A stretch of 49,020 nucleotides of DNA, the filler included, from Jimgerdemannia flammicorona (lineage: Eukaryota), in assembly GCA_003990765.1 (NCBI GenBank). It is 2 parts of 2 records of this genome, joined end to end, with 100 filler letters (N's around TTAATTAATTAA, not from the genome) between each part and the next. Parts side by side here need not be neighbours in the genome. Positions count along the whole stretch, not along the records: positions 24,563 to 49,020 come from RBNJ01000973.1; 1 more part is not named here. One strand, given 5' to 3'. Positions within the stretch are counted from its first letter, which is position 1. The number at the start of each line of letters is the position of its first letter. Under the pieces are notes generated by a model. The model was not told the origin of the DNA. It saw only the letters and a program-made list of their open reading frames with translations, and made no database searches. A program made the translations under genes and the position numbers. Shown here piece by piece: positions 38,231 through 49,020 of this stretch.

Positions 38231-38282
38231 ATGATAGTGATACAGATGCACTATTGACAGCTCCTTTCTCTGCTACCTTACT

Positions 38283-39421
38283 GGTAACAAGGTTTGGTAG
38301 GCAACCTTCTAAGTCTCCTTTCCCCTATTATTATCTCCTCTACCTCAGATTGGTTTGCTGTGCCTGTATGGGTATGGTGGGAGGAGGGCAATAGTGATGA
38401 GTTGTCCTTATATTGGTGTCCGATCAGTGTCTTCTCCACTTTTTCATGGTTTCTGATATCTTCAGCTGAATCTGGAGTGCATTTATTTTGGTGTGGCACC
38501 TTCTTTCTTTTGCTGTCACTAACAAGTTACTGTCTTGGTATATCTTGGGCTATGTAGGGAGTCAGCCAATTTTGGGTGTCAAGTGCTCAGTGTAGGTTAC
38601 CTGCAGGTCCTTGGTGTCTGTGGTGGGGCCCTCTGGCTTTGGCAAGCTTTCTGGCAAGCACAGTTCTAGTATAGGTGACTGCTTTTTGGGTAATGTTGGA
38701 TGGAAGTGGAGATGGCTGTCACAGATAGGAGAAAGGGCAATAATAGTAAACCAGTGGGGTACCAGGCTGGGGGCAGTCATCAGGGTTAGGGCAGATAATA
38801 TTTCAGTGGGGCCTTTTGATTGGCTGGTAGGGGGTGGGGTGGTACAGAGACTGGCATCCTGGCTGTACCCAACTGGAACTGAGAGCTGATGCAGCAATGC
38901 AATTGAGGCCTGCAGGCTTGGAGAGTGGGGCCTTCCTCATTTGGCAGTACCCAACTGGAACTGAGAGCTGACATGGCAATGTGATCAAGGCCTGCAGACT
39001 AGTGGGGTCTCTTCTGGCTCTAGCCCATGTGTAAGTCCTTTGTAGAAGATTCTGTGTATAAGTCCTTTACTCATCTATTTTGAATCTACTTTGCTCTCTA
39101 TTGGTTGATTGGGGGGTTTTTTCTTTGCCTTGGGCTTTCTTTTGGAGTTTGGGGGGCTATTCTTTATTCAGTCCCAGTATTGCTAGATCTGATGCATAGG
39201 TGTACTCTCACATGTAATTGATGATCCAGCCCTAGTGAGCAGAGAAGTCTGGTCTATATTGTGGGGGTTAACATAGCCAGGGTTTGACAGGCATAGCTGG
39301 AGCAGTGGGACTACTAGATAATTTAGTAGCCTATGTTAATGGAGGGATATTATTCAGTGGGTAGTGGGGGAGGGTTTTGGCCAGGTTCCCTTCCAATAAA
39401 AATCTGCAGGACTATGAGTCC

Positions 39422-39425
<4 letters not shown>
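38283..39425. repeat. unclassified CpG-depleted insertion inside the DIRS element, with an 82-bp-period direct duplication
   Basis: No DIRS motifs; GTACCCAACTGGAACTGAGAGCTGA at 38865 and 38947; followed by poly-A 39426-39483. Confidence 0.55.
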
Positions 39426-39484
<59 letters not shown>

Positions 39485-39485
39485 A

Positions 39486-39688
39486 GATATACCATTAGTT
39501 CGATTTGAACCTTAATTTTCAAAATGTAATAACTTGATGAAAACTCATCCAAATTTAACGTATTTTAGCTTGTTAGATTCACCGTATTAATGTGATTCTA
39601 ACAAGATAAAGTATGTTAGATTTGGATGAGTTTACGCTGAGGTATTGCATTTTGAAAATTAGGGTTTAAATTAGACCATTGAGATATC
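39486..39688. repeat. 203-bp hairpin: 97-bp inverted arms with a 9-nt loop
   Basis: 39486-39582 aligns without gaps to the reverse complement of 39592-39688 (roughly 80% by eye). Confidence 0.92.
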
Positions 39689-39719
39689 CTCACTTGATTG
39701 ATCAGCAGTATTCTCCAGA

Positions 39720-40640
39720 TACTACAATGCTGGTGGAACTAACTCACAATCTCATTCAAGCTAGTATCTGGACCTCTTCCTATAAGAATTATGAGTCCAC
39801 CTACCAATACTATATCTGTTAGTATTGTTAATGAAATATTGATCCCCTTTATACTTCTACTGAGCAGTGGACAAATTTTCTCACCCATCTCTTTTATGAC
39901 AGTATGAGTACCTGATACCTCTGAGGTGTCTGCACTGCCATTAGCCAGTGGACCCCTGCTATCAACAGTGTCTGATTCTCCAAACTCTCCATGATCTCTT
40001 GTCTCATCTGGGGGGTGGGCAACTTATATCCCCCTCTACCTCAGGATAAAGTCCAATAGTGGGATATTTCTGTCCTCATCCACTGGCTGGCTTCTTTAGG
40101 TCCCTTTGACTCTATTAAGCAGTGGGTCCTATATGGTAAGAAAACTCATGCTCTTTAGTACTTTGCATATTGTAATATATTGTAAGCAATTTTACACAAT
40201 ATTGGGCAATGGTAGATTTCTAGAGCAACCAAGTAGACTGGCTCACTGAAATTGTTCTCACAGTAGACATGACTAACGAATATATACCTGACTCTCCCTA
40301 TAAAATCTCCTGCCCCATCCCTGTACTCCTGGAGGATAAGGACATGTGCCCAGTATACTGGATCTACCACTGAATATATGAAATGGAATCCCTATAATCA
40401 CTATATGGCAGAGACCACCTCTTTATCAGTACATGCTCTCTCCATTATAACCTAACTATAGATTGCCTCTGCAACTGATTCTCAGAATATATGGCAGCTG
40501 CTGGTATCAATCTCATTTACAAGCCTTATTCTGTTTGGGCAGAATCCTTTACTGAGGAATTGAAAGGGGGAACTCTCATTGATGAAGTACTGGAGAGCTG
40601 GAATTGGAGCTCTAAGACCACTTTTGAACATCACTACCAT
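39720..40640 (+). pseudogene. DIRS tyrosine recombinase relic
   Basis: SSYKNYESTYQYY, SAISQW, WDISVLIHWL, CPVYWI, LFIS, AAGINLIYKPYSVW (decayed H-S-x-R, 40527-40538), LIDEVLESWNWSSKTTFEHHY. Confidence 0.88.
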
Positions 40641-41254
40641 CTATCCCAAGGTTGCTAGTTCTTTCCAAGACCTCTTAGGTAAAGTCTTTAGTGTACAAGG
40701 TCCTCTGGTACAAGGCCACTATACCAGCCCAGTGCTATACTCATCTCCAATCTGTGAACAACTAATACTGAAACAGTCTGGAACTAAGCAACGCTTAGTC
40801 CTAGATATATGAGATACCATAGGTACTGGAGTCTGTTCCATACTTTGTGAGCTTAGGGAGAACTGTGAAGAGTTGATTTTCCACCCATCCTGACCCTTTT
40901 TATTTTCTTCCTTATGGGTTCTTCTTTCTTCCTTCTCCAGTGACTTCAGCCATCAGGTCTTTTTTCCTTACTTTTAATTTCAGGCTCAATGCTAATTTGT
41001 CTTAGCTAAGGGAACTCTGTAGAAGCCAGGACACTCTTTTATTACTATATTTTACTTCTAGTTTTACACAATATCTCATACATATATCTTAGACAGATAA
41101 ATTTACAGTTACATATAAAACCAATATATTTAAGATAAAATAAAGCATACTAATGCTTTCAGGATGATATAAACCAACTCTTCACAGTCCTCCCCAAGCT
41201 CACAACGTCTGGGACAGACTTCAGTGCCTATGGTGCCTTATCTATCTGGGATTA

Positions 41255-41603
41255 CAGTATATAGCTCAAAGGATACTAATTGAGGAGGAGTAAAGCTTTA
41301 TTGGGGGTTTGTTAATTTAGGATAGGATGGCCTGGGTCTATGGGGTTATTGAAGGGGCCAGAGCTATATGGGTAGATAGATAGCTAGTTTTTCTCAACTA
41401 AAAGAAGATATATAACTAAATGTAGAGAGTATAGTTAGATAGGATATTGAAGTATATTAGAATTCTTCCAGACTTTTAGCAGTCTTTGATCAGTCTATTG
41501 GAGGGGAGTAGAGTGGCTATCTAAGTTAATAGATACTGAGAGATATTATTCCCTTTGGGTAGAGAGGTGCTACAGAGTGACCCATTATCACCTACTCTCT
41601 ATA

Positions 41604-41607
<4 letters not shown>
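41255..41607 (+). mobile_element. L1/Tx1-like LINE RT fragment, related to the 273-2574 element
   Basis: EE*SFIGGLLI*DRMAWVYGVIEGARA...SLLEGSR...FPLGREVLQSDPLSPTLYIL (from GRGVRQGDPLSP); homologous to 280-560 (-). Confidence 0.8.
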
Positions 41608-41675
<68 letters not shown>

Positions 41676-43230
41676 GTCACTCAGACTCTTCCTTTATTAT
41701 ACCCATCTATTCCATATAAGTACAGTGAACCCACCCCTTACCCTATCCCCCTAGGGGGCCCCTCCCCCCTACCTCTTCTCAATGAAACACCACTCTATCA
41801 AATATAATTTCCACTCTCCCACCACTCTGTTTGCATATCCTTATTACCAAACCTCACTGTCACTCCCCTGAAGGACCCCAACCTATCCACCATCCAGTCA
41901 TCAGATCCCCCAGCAGCTCCTCCCACCTTAAGACCTTCTCCTACAGATATACCTACCACTCCTCCTCAAACACAAATAACCAATGGCCTGCCAATCCCAC
42001 TCAAACTGCTAATCCCCACTCAATAGTGAGCCAACTATCCCCCTCACCCACCAGCCTGTGCCCCACACCCAGCCTATCTCCTATTTTAACCCAAAATTCC
42101 CCCAAAACCTCACACTCTCCCAGCCAATGTTCTAGTGTCTGCACCAAACCCCCAGCTTGCCCAATATTGTAACATTCCTCACAATCGAAACAGCCACCAT
42201 CCACCAGATGCCCGAAATGGAAATTCAGCATGACATTTCACTGCAGCATTTGCCACCACACTACCCAGAACTTGGGGGGAAGCCACTGCCATACCTTAGC
42301 ACTCCAAGACCAGATACCCACCCAGTCTCACTCCTTGCCAATCCCAACTGCCTGCCAGCTGCTTGGCCAAAGATCCTGGCCAAGGTCCTGTTGACACTCC
42401 ACTCCATCCCCAATATCAAAAGCAGCAAGTGGAGCACCCCCCAGTAGCAATCTATCTCATTGCCACATACTAGGTCCCCACAACATCTCCCCCTCATTGC
42501 CTTGCCAGTGCAGACCAATTCTGTGTACTCCATCGACCACTCCCCACCAAAAGCCCTTAAATCTCAGCCTCTGAATTCCTTTGAGCCCCACCAAAGAGAG
42601 TAGGTCTCCCGAGGACCCTTGAGGAGAGGTTTGCATCTCCCACACCTTCTGCAACAGAGGCACCCAACCCCCACCTTGCAGTTCAGCTGCTCTCTTCAAC
42701 CACCAGGCTTGCAAGCAGTGTAACCTCTTAGGGAAATCTACAAGGCCAAGACCTCTCCTGACCACCAGTGTCGCAAGAGTATCCCAACTGATCTAGGACC
42801 TCTGCCCTGCCCAAATCCAATCCCTAGCTACTTTTGTCAGCCTCTTCACCACCCAAGCTGAGAAGTCAAGGTAGTAGGCCATATACCACAGCTTGGGGAA
42901 CCAGTACACATTCAGAATTGCTACCCATCCTGCTAGAGAGATATGGTGGCCTCCCCAATCTCGAAGGGCCTCCCCCCAGGCAGCCACCCTGCTCTCCCAC
43001 CACACTCATGGCAGGACAGAGCCATATATAGAGAGGAAGATGCCCAGATACTGTACCACCTCACCAGTAGGGACAATTGTTCCAATGATGTCGACACCTA
43101 CCAGCCTATTCCCCAAAACCATAGTCTCACACTTATGCCAGTTGAGCTTTGCCCCAGAGTGATCCTCATACTATTCCACTGCCTCCTTAATTGCCTTGAT
43201 ATCTGCCATAGACCCAAGGCCAACTGCACT
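41608..43230 (-). mobile_element. 3' part of an L1/Tx1-like LINE with poly-A tail
   Basis: Poly-T 41608-41672 on the + strand. Minus reading: SGAKLNWHKC, VQYLGIFL, ISLAGWVAILNVYWFPKLWY, RGLGLVDF, C-terminal C..C...TLEHWLGEC zinc motif. Confidence 0.88.
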
Positions 43231-43297
43231 ATATTCTCTCTTTGAAACTCTTGCTAGACTGAATTAGGTACAGGGTAGAGAGATTGATAGTACTAGT

Positions 43298-45363
43298 TGT
43301 AAGAGGGTTGCTTTTTAGGATAATCATTACATAGTTCTAGAAGGGTTTTCTTGAAGTTCTGGATGTTCTGGAAGACTGTTTTCTTATGGTCAAGAGCAAT
43401 TTCATATAGAGTACATCCTCTATGCTTATTGATTTCAAGATTGGGTTGATGTCTCAACCAAAGTCCTTTTTTGGACTAGTTCTGGATGTTTAGAATTTTC
43501 TGTATTTCAGGAAGTTCAAAAAACTAAAACCAGCTTAGTTGAATTGGCATGTCACTGCAGACAATACCAAATTAGGAAATTTCGTGATGGAGTTAGGAGT
43601 GGGACCTAATAGAGAGCAGATTTACTTTAGAGTGATTTGTGGGTTATTAAATAGGTTTATTCACTATTTATGATATTGTTATACTAGGAGTAGTTTGTAT
43701 GAAGGAATATTGTTAGAAAGTGCTCAGGGGTTGTGTTTGGATTGTTCAGGTCTGGGATTCTAAGGTCTGGGGGTGGGGGTATTTATACTAGTGAGGGGCT
43801 ATCTGGACTATGCTAGATATGGATGTAGTACTTAGTGCCTTGCTGAGTCGGAATGCAGTCATATAGTACAAGTGTGATCTGATATATCAAGAGATCATCT
43901 GACTGCTGAGTCAGTTCACAGTCATGTCATATGAGGCTAATCTAACTGTACTATGACTGCTAAGCTATTTATAGGTTTTAGATACTGTCTGGATAGTCCT
44001 CAATGACATTACTGTCAATGACATTATCTCTGATAAAGTAGTCATCTAGGAAGAGGGATTTGTGAATTACTTCTCCTTGTTCATTGAGATAATAATACAT
44101 TGAACCTTCATCATCATTCCACAGAATAGCATTGTCTGTCTCATATGCTGGATAAGGTATTGGGGGGCGAAGGAGTAGTGCATCATCTTCACTTTCATTA
44201 GATTCGCTGTCTGCATATCTTCTATAGATTATGGTACTATGAGTTATGGGGTTGTAGTAAGCTGGTGGCTGTGGTTCATGTTGCTCATATTCAGGTAGTG
44301 GGGTGGTTGATTCAATCTCAAGGGTTGTCTGGAGATACAGGTTGTGTTCTCTTATCTCTTCATTATAGTTGAAGTAATCAGGGGTGAATGTAGGTTGGTA
44401 TTTATGCCAGTGATCATTGTCTCAATAGGTCTTGTAGGTGGTTATGAACTGTTATAAGTTCATTGGCAAGGTTGGCAGGGTGATCAGGATTGACAGAGAT
44501 TCTTGGCTGGAGGTCATATTGGCATCAGAGAGATCATTGTCTTCTGCTTCATCTTCATCAAACCAGATATATTATAGATATTCTTCATAGCTTATCCAAC
44601 TTGAGGCATTTGCAGGATATAGTTGTCAGGGTGTGAGAAGGTTCTGTCTGTGGTCTGGACATACTTGAGATACTTATGATTGAGTTCTTATATCATGTCA
44701 TCAATTTGACCATAGGATAGGGTAGAAACCATTTCAGTAGTAGTAACTTAGAGGTGGAGAATAATGGTGCAATACTCATAGAAGAGTTCTCGATGTTTGT
44801 GGACAATGAGTTTCTGGTGTTGAGACATCTTGGTAATGTCTGTGTCATGGTAGTGTTTGACCATATCTTCTAGGAGGTGGCCGATCTGATAGTAGCTTGA
44901 GATTTGTCCGATTTGGTGGGCCTCACTAAGCATGTTCAGAGCATTCCATCATACTTCTACAAAGTAGAGGGGTACTCAACTATGGATATTCATGAGGGGC
45001 AGAGGGGGTGTGGCTCAATTGATAATGGCATTCCAAATATCAGCACGGATGTGGTTGTAGATCTCAGTGGTCATGTTTGTGTATATTCAGAAGTTATAGT
45101 TGTTATTTGTTTTGGTTCTCTGTTCAACACATCTTGGTGCTCAGTATATATGTATTTGGTTCTGATTGATAAGATTCTGTTTGTATAAATCTTGTGTTCT
45201 ATGACTTCATATTGACTCAGCTTTGTGTACTGTGACTTTGGTTTGACTCAGCTTCATGATCATACAGGTGATTTCCAGATTTGTTCAGAGGTCATATGTG
45301 ATTTCAGTGGCTTGTTTGGAGGGTGACATGTGATTTCTGTGGCTTGGAGGTTGTGTGCTTATA
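43298..45363 (-). repeat. putative 2.07-kb 3' LTR of the chromovirus
   Basis: Begins right after PPT AAGAAGGGGAGAGT (45377-45364) with TATAAG (TGTAAG with one G>A) and ends CTTACA at 43298; TATAAATA at 43787-43780; AATAAA downstream. No second LTR in the window to confirm. Confidence 0.6.
43978..45074 (-). pseudogene. extra ~365-codon ORF of unknown function downstream of pol, inside the putative LTR
   Basis: ATG 45074 MTTEIYNHIRADIWNAII...; the stops read are TGA/TAA that revert to CGA/CAA; one frameshift near 44630; acidic C-half ending DNVIDSNVIEDYPDSI* at 43978. Confidence 0.7.
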
Positions 45364-48300
45364 ACTCTCCCCTTCTTAGCTTTTGATGTCCTCATTGGGC
45401 CTTCTAATTTTATTCTAGTATTATTATACCATTTGGGAGATCAAATGTCTGCTAAAGTCCATTTTTCTCAGAAAGTGGCATATTCGTAGTATAGTTGCCT
45501 AATACATTGAGTTTATATGTTAAAGGGTTGTGTGTTCAATGCCATGTACTGGAAGTGATTCTGAAGTCATTCACTGCTGGAGAATTTCCTCTAAGGAATC
45601 TTCTTAATATCTATGCCTCATTTCCCATCAGGGGTACAGGGAGAATAGGCTTGCTTTCAGTTTTGTTATTTTTCCAGAAGGTCAATATTCTTTGTCTTGA
45701 CTTACTGAGTTCTTGATTTTTTACTCAAGATAATTATAATATTTGGGAGGGTAATATATAGTATATACTAATAGGTGTCGGATATTTGGTTTTAGTTATT
45801 TGAGGAATCATATTTCTGAACCAAGTCAGTAGTATTCTGGAGATTGGTCTTGGGTTCCTATGTTGCATTGTGGGTCAGGTAACCTTTCCATTTAACAAGA
45901 TACTTGGAGTGGTTCTTGTTATCATATTTGTTAAGAATTTGATCAACTTCATATTCTTCTTGGTCATTAATTATGACAGGTACAGGTGGTTCAGTGATCT
46001 GGTTTGGGAATAGCTTATCATTGTTTTTATTATATTGCTTGAGACATTGGACATTAAAGACTGGGTGAATCTTAATAGTGTCTGGTAGTACCAATTTGTA
46101 GGAAGTTGGAGAGACCTGAGCAATGACTTCAAATGGTCTAATGAACTTACTGTTCAGCTTTGTAGATGGTCTGTACTTGAGGTTGTCAACTTGGTATCCT
46201 CAGATATCCAGTAGGACTTTTTCTCTAATATTAAAGGTTTATTTTCACTGGTGTTGGTTAACATACTGTGACTGTTGTTCTTGAGCTTGCAATAAATTCT
46301 CAATTGTGATCTGGCTTAGATTATACATTCGGAGTAAGAATTCTTCAACAGCCTTAACTGTGGAGGTTCTTCAGTAGTTCAAATAAGTGATAAGGGGGTG
46401 TTTGGGTTTTGTCCAGTATTGGCGAAAAATGGGGTCATTCCAAGAGAGGTTTGCTTTCTGTTGTTTTAGACAAACTCGACTATGGTGAGGTGTTCATGCC
46501 AATTATCTTGTCTATAGGAAATGTAGTTCCTTAGCATTTGTTCCAGAGTTCAGTCCATTCTTTCAGTTTGGCCATCAGTTTCAGGGTGAAAGGCTGTAGA
46601 TAGTGCAAGTTTCATTCCAAGGTATCCATGGAGGGCTTTCCAAAAATGGCTGGTGAATTTCGGATTTCAGTCACTAACAATGATCCTAGGAAGGCCATGA
46701 TAGCAGAAGATGTTATCAAAGAAGAGAGTGGCTATGTCTGGTACTGTTGCAGTAGTGATAGTTGGCACAAAGTAAGCTTGTTTGCTGAGATAATCCATAA
46801 AGACAACAATTGCATCCTTCCTATTCTTGGTTCAGGGTAGTTGTACAATGAAGTCCATAGAGATTTGTTCCCAATTAGCAGATGGTACTGGGATAGGGTG
46901 GAGTAAGCCAGGTTTTGCTAGTGTTGAGGACTTGTTTCACTAGCATGTATTACAGGAAGTGATGTAGGTCTTGAGCTGATCTGCCATATAGGGCCAATAG
47001 AAGTTTTATGAGATAACTTCATAGCATTTGCAAATTCTAAATGTCCAGCTGTAGAGGCATCATGACATTCAAATAAGATAGCCTTTTGGAGATCTCGGTT
47101 GTTTGGAACATACAATCTGTCCTTATAGTAGATGGTATTATTCTTAAGTTGGTATTGGTTGTACTGGGTATGCTTGTCAGTATCATCATTGTTCAGGATT
47201 TCTTGGAGTGCTTGGGCTTCTTTATCATCAGCACATACTGTGATAATTTGTTCCATAATAGAGTTTGTAACCAGGGTGAGAGTTTGGATAACTTCTTCAA
47301 TTGGTGGTCTGGAGATTGCATTGGCAACAATGTTTTCCTTGCCAGGGTGATACTGGATTTCATAGTCAAAGTTGGTGAGAACTTTTATCCATCTGGCTTG
47401 CTTTCGAGAAAAGGTAGCCTGTATCTTGATATTGACTAATGACTTGTGGTCAGTCAATATGGTAAAGTGTGCTCCTTCTAGGTATGGTCGCCATTTGATC
47501 AGAGTGTCTATAATGGCTAGCATTTCCTTCTCATGAGTTGTATAGTTGATTTCAGCATCATTGAACTTGTGGGAATGATAGGCCACAGGGTGTCCTTCTT
47601 GTATAAGCACTGCTCCAAGAGCTAGATCAGAGGCATCAGTAGTGACTTCATATGGCAGGACAGGATTTGCTGCTTGAAGTACTGGAGTGGTTGTCAGGGC
47701 ATCCTTTAGTGCTTGAAAGGCAGTATCTTGCTTGGGTCCCCAATTTACAAGATTGTTGAAGTCTTTCTCTTGTTTCATGGTCCAGAGTTATTCTTCTTTC
47801 TTGCTGTGCTTGGTCATTTGAGTAAGGGCAGTAGCAATTTTGGCAAAGTTGGCAATAAATCACCTGTAATAGTTTGTGAATCCCAGGAATGACTGTAGGT
47901 CTTTCAGCTTCTTGGGTCTGGGCCAATCCTTGATTGCAGAGATTTTGCTGGGGTCTACTTTGATTCCATTGGGCATAACAATATATCTAAGGAATTGGAT
48001 TTCCTTCAGGAGGAATTCACACTAAGTTTTGCAAAGAGTCAGTTTTCTTGGAGTTTCAGTAGCACAAGTTCAAGGTGTTCAAGATGTTCCTCCAGTGTTT
48101 TGCTGAAGACTAGGATGTCATCAATGTAGATGATTACAAATTTGTCTAGGTATGGGTGCAGGATGGTGTTCATCAGTGTTTGGAAGGTTGCTGGAGCATT
48201 AGTTAAGCTAAAAGGCATAAACAGGAACTCAAAGTGTCCATATCGAGTTCAGAAAGCTGTCTTGTAGATGTCTTCTTCTTTCATAGCAATTTGCCAATAG

Positions 48301-49010
48301 CTATTTCACAGATCAAAAGAGCTCATGAATTGTGAGTTAGTGAGTCTATTGAATATCTCATTAATTTAAGGTAGTGGACAATAGTTCTTAATAGTCTGTT
48401 CATTGAGGTTATGGTAATCAATACACATTTGCAGGTCTCCTCCTTTCTTGACAACAAAGAGGACTAGTATGCCATAGAGTGATACACTGGATCTGATAAA
48501 TCCTTGTTCTAGAAGCTCATCAATTTCTTTCTTGAGTGTATCGATTTCTCTTGGTGACATATGGTAGATTGACTTGAAGGCTGGCTTGGCATCTGGGATA
48601 GTCTTGATACCATGGTCTACTTCTTATTTAGGAGATAGGCCTTTCGAAAGCTTCTTTGGAAATATGTCTCAGAATTTCAGAAGTAGTGGTCTGACATGAC
48701 TGTCAACTTTGAAAAAGTCTTCTTCAGAGTTCTCAGATTCTCCTTTGGATGGGCAGATGGAGAGAGCAAAGAGAAGGTATTTTTTGGCCAATTTCTTGAG
48801 TTATAACTTGTTGATACAGGTGATCTTTGGTCCAGGGTCACTAGGACTAAGTGGGTCCTTTTCGCCTTGCAGTTTGAAGTTGTGGCATCCTTTCTTGATG
48901 GTCAGAGAGTTGTTTACCCAATCAATCATAGGGTTCTCTTGTTGCAACCATAGAGTTCCAAAGATGATTTCATTATCTAGAAGTGGTACAATTTGGAGAG
49001 TAATATGTAC
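45364..49010 (-). mobile_element. degenerate chromovirus (Ty3/gypsy) pol: protease end, RT, RNase H, integrase, chromodomain; continues beyond the window
   Basis: [33 protein letters not shown] (~48120-48130); [62 protein letters not shown]...YLVKWKGY (45860-45960). Confidence 0.93.
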
Positions 49011-49020
49011 TTTTTTTTTT

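Larger units (their letters stand above)
35133..41250 (+). mobile_element. degenerate DIRS-type tyrosine-recombinase retrotransposon, near full length, interrupted at ~38283-39688
   Basis: ITR pair 35133-35207 / 41003-41077; second inverted pair 40800-40892 / 41159-41249; RT, RNase H, MTase and YR relics in DIRS order. Confidence 0.9.

Noticed and set aside
39333..39515. Poly-Lys ORF (and the poly-Phe ORF at 41577-41807)
   Set aside because: Translations of homopolymer runs.
43550..43570. TGGTATTGTCTGCAG (minus strand) as a tRNA-Ser-like PBS, or TGACA as an alternative LTR end
   Set aside because: Not preceded by a CA LTR terminus and no gag motifs follow; CTTACA at 43298 matches the LTR start better. 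Not fully excluded.

Overview
Eukaryotic DNA, most likely fungal (short GT-AG introns with CTRAC/CTAAY branch points, a chromovirus, DIRS and hAT elements; an early-diverging lineage is plausible but is inference). The window is two contigs joined by an artificial 100-nt linker (N44-TTAATTAATTAA-N44, 24463-24562), so adjacency across it is unproven. Two dead-transposon nests almost devoid of CpG (1 to ~7000 and 24589-49020) lie on either side of a CpG-rich gene island (~7000-24460). Left nest: a hAT end, an L1/Tx1-like LINE (-), an intron-containing hAT transposase relic and tandem arrays. Gene island: a 91-bp hAT MITE, a serine dehydratase pseudogene (-), a divergent MFS monocarboxylate-transporter gene/pseudogene (+) that needs a 2-nt micro-exon, and an intact single-pass receptor-like protein. 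Right nest: two tandem copies of a tRNA-Pro-primed Ty3/gypsy element (a dUTPase and a Cys/His-rich spacer lie between protease and RT), a near-complete DIRS element (RT-RNaseH-MTase-YR, ITRs and ICR) split by an insertion ending in a 203-bp hairpin, two LINE fragments, and a chromovirus whose apparent 2.07-kb 3' LTR carries a ~365-codon extra ORF. The most novel-looking signals are this LTR-embedded ORF, the dUTPase Ty3 element, and a repeat-restricted C-to-T signature (CpG and CpA) in which surviving CpGs are mostly in TCG/CGA context. All translations were read by eye; no database searches were run, and boundaries are approximate unless a motif is quoted.
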